DNA from: Elusimicrobiota bacterium
GTDB taxonomy: Bacteria; Elusimicrobiota; Elusimicrobia; F11
Length of the DNA: 64,000 nucleotides
Assembly (NCBI GenBank): GCA_046153645.1
Contig: JBJXGI010000044.1
Coordinates: forward strand, 513 to 64,512
Reading direction: 5' to 3'
The first letter of the stretch is position 1. Every line of letters starts with the position of its first letter. The notes under the pieces were generated by a model that saw only the letters and a program-made list of their open reading frames with translations, had not been told where the DNA came from and searched no databases. This document shows positions 34,901-40,900 of the stretch, piece by piece. Position numbers and translations under genes: made by a program.

Positions 34901-37900
34901 AAATAAATTGGACATTGGGCGGAATTTGAACTTTTTCACGACGATCAGGAATATCCGCTTGTTTTTCCCACAGCACCGGATTAAGCAACACGCGAACTCG
35001 TCCGGGAAGAGCTTCCGCGTTATCGATAATAATGGTGTGCTGCATATCTAAATCCCGAGCGGCCTGGCGAGCCATTTCAACCAAAAAACCATCCCGCCAC
35101 GACATGGTGTCTTGCCACGCTTCTGGATTGGCCAAATAAACAGCCAAGCTGGAACGAACGGCATCATCTTTTATTATTTCTCCTAGATGACTGTTCATTT
35201 CATCAATTAAGTTTTTTGCATCATCAGAAACATCGAAAATCACTTTAAGCGCTTGTAAAATTTTCCCGTTTTCTGTTTGAGCCTGTAAAACAAGTCTTTC
35301 TCTTTCAGAGACACTCATCTGTTTATTGGGCATGAGCATGCCAAACAAATCTTTTCTTTTGGCAAAAGCGCTGGCGGAAAAACGAACCGTACGACCATCT
35401 TGTTTATCTAAAGTCGCCAAACGGTCTTCAACGATCATGACATCATCAGAACCTGTGACGAGTAATAAAGGGCGAGAGCTTTGGCGCGATCGAAGGATTC
35501 TCGCATCAATGGCTCTTTCAAACGGGGATAAATTGTCTTGACGCTCGGGCTCTGTATTTTCGTAATCCGAAAAATTCATTATATTTGCGATTGTTTGAGC
35601 GGCGTTTTCACTTGAAAACTGTTTGAGCTGCTGAGCGCGAAAAATAACAGTGGCTCCTTTAGATGTGGTCCTCAACATTTCGAATAGTTTATTGGTGAAC
35701 TCAGCCCGTGCCTGGGGTGATACTAAAACACGACCGTAAATATTTTCAGCGGTTAAAATAAATTGGCGGATCACATCGCCCAAATTGTGAGCGCCTTGAT
35801 TCGCATTACGAAGATAATAATTACTAAAGTCCACATAAAAACGAATGAGTTCTCGAATGGTAACGGCATTTTCACTCAAATTTCCAGATTGGGCGGCCAA
35901 TTTTTCTGCGGCACGGAACAATTCCACACTCATATCCTGAATCGCCTCAATATCTTTGGGACTCAATTCCGAAGGGGCCACACCTTCAAAAAAAGTGGAT
36001 AAATAAATAGAAACCACACCGTGAAAATGACTCTCACCTTCAACAATATCACCCTTTACAATTCCACGAAAAGTGTCAAAAAGAAGGCCTAATGTTTGCA
36101 AGTTTGGAGTTTCATTAAGGAGGACATACATTATTCCAATCATCGCATCACTGGATTGATACTCACCAAATTTAACCAGGCTTTTTAACTTAACCGGGTC
36201 ATTCCAAATATTTTTATCACCTGAGGCCATTTGTTCAACAGCAGCACGGATCGAAGATCCAAGACCCAAGGCGGCAATGGCAGTTCTCGTCTCACCTCCT
36301 TCTGCTTGAAGGGCCGCTAATTCTGCTGCTTCAGAAGGAGTTAAGGTTGATTTTGCACGTAAAGCGGCAATTCGGCTTTTTCGAGCTGCCTCTCTGGATT
36401 TTCTTATTAACTCAACAGGATCTAAACCACCCATTCCGCCAATTGTTAAAAAAGGCAACCAACCTGTCAGAGGTTTTATAAAAGGAATAACAATTGAAAG
36501 TTTTTTTAATAAACCAACCGTTAGGTTGTATAACAGTTGAAGTCCCATCAAAACTAAAATTCCAGATAAACCCACCACTGATATTACCCCCGGCAAAAAT
36601 AAGCTTGCGCCAAAGATGAACGCAACAGTTCCGATAAATATTTTTTGTTTTGTGGTGTTTGGTTTTCCATCTCGCCCCAAGGTGTGGGCGCGACCAAAAA
36701 GGAAGGACATAAAAGCATGCGCGAAGAGCCCTATTAATATTGTTGTATCCGACGGCCAAGCGGAACTGGCCAACGCGAGTAAATAAACCGGCATAAAATA
36801 TGGCGCTTCTTTAAAAACTATTTTTAGTTCGAGGTATAAAAATGAAAAAAAGGCATTGCGATAAAAGATAAAAGATCCTAAAAGATCAGCGAAACTCCTC
36901 GAGTTACCTCTTCTATACTTTTGAACTAATTCATCTACCCCGGGGACGTTTACACTCGAAGATCCCGAATTATTATGAGCTAATCCCAAATTCAAACCCA
37001 GACCATCACTTCCTGATACAAGCAAAGAATCGGAACTCTCATCCTGATCAATGAGCATGGCCCAAACTTGCCAAAAAGCGTCCTCCGCCATTTCAGGATG
37101 CTTTTCGTGATCTCGTTCATAAGCTCCCCAAGCCATGACGAGACTCCGCATGAGCAAATCGTATTTATCTTCACGTTCTGAAGAGCGCTTTAAAAGGTCT
37201 ACGATCTTTTGCGAAGATATCGAAATCACTTTTAGAGAACCATCTTCTTTCGAAATGACAACTTCTTTGGTTGAATGAATACCTACTATAGCTTCATGAA
37301 TGATCTTAGAAACCGCTTGAACATCATTTGACGTAGACCAAAATCCAAGAAGTTCAACGTTATATTTGGGCAACGCTTTTATTAAAACTCGAAAATTTTC
37401 CATGGTTAAAAAAATTTTTCTTTGCTCATACAAATCGAAAGAATTTTCAAGAGTTAAAATAACCTCTTTTTTTATTTCCTTGGACATTAAGCGATCATCG
37501 ATGCCTTTTGTCAGTTCTATAGTGACAGTTTTAATCAGTTGCCTTTCATTAAAATCACTAAAATTGATAACGCTCAGTAGACTATGCCAGCAAAGCATTA
37601 ATACATCTAAAGTAAACTTTCGATTTACTTCATATTTTGCCTCTTTAAAAAATAAATCCAAGGCCTTAGCAAAGGATAAACATATTGTTTTTAAAAAAAT
37701 CTGATCTTCAGAATCGTTTAAGTCAAAAACATAATTATCAACATATTGACTAATCTGCCCTAATGCAAATGCCCCGAACGAACCAATGTCCTCATTTTTA
37801 TTTTTTAATATAATATTTATGGCCTCTCTAACTATTCTTTGATTTTCAAGTTTTTCTATGCCAAAAAAATCTTTAGGAATAGCCGAAAAATAAGAAACAA

Positions 37901-40900
37901 AATCAAGCACCAATTTTTTATACGCAGCCGTATCATCTTCAGAACTAAAACTTTTAACAAATTGCCTCAGTTTATTCCGAATATGTTCATGCAAATCATC
38001 GGCATCCTTAGGAGTAGAGGAGGGGAGTGGAGATGAAGAATTAAGACGGGCCTGTAAAACATCTAAGTTTAAACTTGTATTTTGGGACCCAGGGTCAGTC
38101 GTGGAATTAGGATTTTGGTCAGAATCAATGAGCCGTGCCCACACATCCCAAAACACGTCTTCTGCCATCGCGGGAGAAACAGATAACCTCTCTTCATAAC
38201 TACCCCAAGAAACAACAATAATTCCAACAAGAGTCTCAAAATCTTTTTCATTTTCTGAAACCCGCTTTAAGTATTTCAGAATCGTTGAACGAAATATCTT
38301 CACTTTTTTTTGGGAACCATCATCTTGTTCAATAACGACTACTTTCGGATACTGTAATTCATCAAACAGTTTGACAATGGCACTAGCAAATGACCTTACA
38401 TCCCCGGAGGATGACCAATTTTTAAAAACACTAATATTTATATTTGGAAATAGTTCTATAAGGATTCTAAGGTTTTCTAATGTGAGAAAAACGGAGTTCT
38501 CTTCTTTTAAATTATTTTCTTCAAAAAAGGTATTAAGATGTTTAATAAGTGTTTCTACGTTGAAACGAGAAGTGGTTCCATTATTTTTGACCAAAAAACC
38601 AAGAAGTTTAGTAACAACACGTTTGTCATTCGCATCCGTGGTATTAAAAATATGTGGCCACAAATTAAAATTCATACGCAATATAGATCCTATTTGGGAA
38701 CCCGCTCCATTCTTGTCATCCGGATCTAAGGCATTAACCAACGAGGAAAGAATTATTTTTAAAAAATCTTTTTGATCTGGGTCTGTTATATCGAGGACAT
38801 AAGGCTCTAGTTGACGAAAAATTCTATGCAACAGTGCTGCACCCAATAACCGAACTTCTTCAACTTCATTTTCTAAAACGATTTTTATTACTTCTCTAAC
38901 AAGTCTCTTATTCTCGGATTTTGTCCGATCAAAAAAAGAATTATGAATTCCAGTAAAATAATGAATGAACTCAGTTAGCAGTGCTTTGTTTGATGTTTTA
39001 TTGGAACTAAAATTTTTAATATATTCTTCAAGTTTAGATTGAATTTCCTTCTCTTCTTCTTTAGAAATTGTAGCGAAGGGAAACCAATTGGCAACAGGCT
39101 TAATCCATGGAATATTTTGCGCTAATCGTTTAATGGCCCAAACCACTTGGTTATAAATGAAATGAATCCCCATCGACAAAACAAAGGACCAAATTCCTAA
39201 AGTATTGATCACACCTGGAATTAAGAAGACTCCACCAAAAACGAAACCAAGCCCCATTAAAAAATATTGTTGATTTCGACTGTAACCTGTGTGATCTTTT
39301 CCGAATTGATAGGCCATCGCAAGATTGAGAATGATTCCTAACGTCATCACAACAGGAGATGAAAACAATAATGGCCCCAAAATAACCATGAGATAAACGG
39401 GGAGTTGATAAATAAATTCTTTAACAACGACCCACAATTCACGCTTGAGTTTATATTGATCGTTCGCCGGGTCATCAGCTTTTTGAACCACCAGGTTAAC
39501 CAAAATCTTTTGATGAACAATTCGAACGGGCGCTATCAAAATATTTTTAAGAGTGCCCAATCTTGAGAGAACACTGGCCATGGCTTCAACATAAGCGCTT
39601 GGGCTTGTTATGTTTTGTTTTTTAGGATTGATAAAAAGTTTTTCACCTAAAAAAAGACGATCCAGCGGTGTTTTTTCTCTAGCGAAGGCACTAAGATAAG
39701 CGCTAGCGCCAGCTTCATCAACTTTGGTTAATTTGGGAGTGACAACAATATAAGGGATATTTTTCTTTTTAAAGAGCGCTGTGATGTGGGGCGTGTGGAA
39801 GCCGCCAACAATAACGGCAGTTCCTGGATTTTGCCCTCTCCCTAACCCTCTCCCGTAAAACGGGAGAGGGGAGGGTGAGGGGTTTTTAAGGAGTTTCCCC
39901 ACCATCTTCTCACTGCGAATATCCGCTTCCACATAAAACCGCTCAAAAGAGGTGAGGTTTGCAACACCCTCCTCACCCTGACCCTCTCCTCCCTTTCGGG
40001 AGGAGAGGGGAATTAATTTTTTGTATTTTTCCCATTCGCTGGCTGTCAGGGAGAAATGAATCAGTTTTTCAACCAAGAGAAGATATTCACTTTTAGCGAC
40101 GATTTTTTTTTCTAAATCTGTTTTTGCTAATTTTTCAACAATAAAACTCTCTAGTTTTTCTAAGGCCTCAAATAATTTATCGGCTTTTATTCCATCGGCA
40201 AGACCGACATAACGAATGTAGGCATCGAATGCGGGGGTCTGAGAAAGATGAATTTCTTTTCTCTGGCAAAGATTTTTTAATTCTTGATAATAATCTCCAA
40301 AACCTATTTGGCCGGCGCGGTAAGAGACACTTTGTGCTAAAAATAAATTCATTTCTTCTTGGTTTAAAGTTTTAGCTAAACGTTCAACAACTTGGCGGCG
40401 CTCTATTTCTACTTGTTTAAAACGAAGCGCTGCTTCCATTTCATAAGCGGATAAAAACTGTTCTAAGGTGGGATCAAAAAAATCATCTGCCAAGGCACTT
40501 ATTTTCTGGGTATAAAAACCCAAACTTATTTTCCCTGAGTGGTAATTTTCTCGCAACGCATCAAACTCATTAAGGCTCTTTGGAAAAACCTTTCTTTTTT
40601 CTTCATTTAATTTATTTTTTTGTAATTGTAGATCTCGTTTTGTTTTTTCTTTCAATTTTTGTGAGGAAAGATAGGCATTCACATTAAGATCATAATGCGC
40701 TTCATCATCAATTCCAACAAAAGCGGGTGGTTCCACTTGACTCATAATGCCCACATAAGAGGGCGCAGCCAGACGATTGTTTTTAAAAAAAGAAGCCATC
40801 ACAAAGGACACCACTTTTTTGTCTTCTATTGAACGAAAAGCGGAGAAATCAAATTTTTCAAAAGCCCCCTCTACGCCCACCATGTTCAATTGGCCCTGAT

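Noticed and set aside
11357-38775. Many short ORFs antisense to or nested in the giant gene
   Set aside because: No recognisable motifs; they recur with the repeat units and are best explained as shadow frames.
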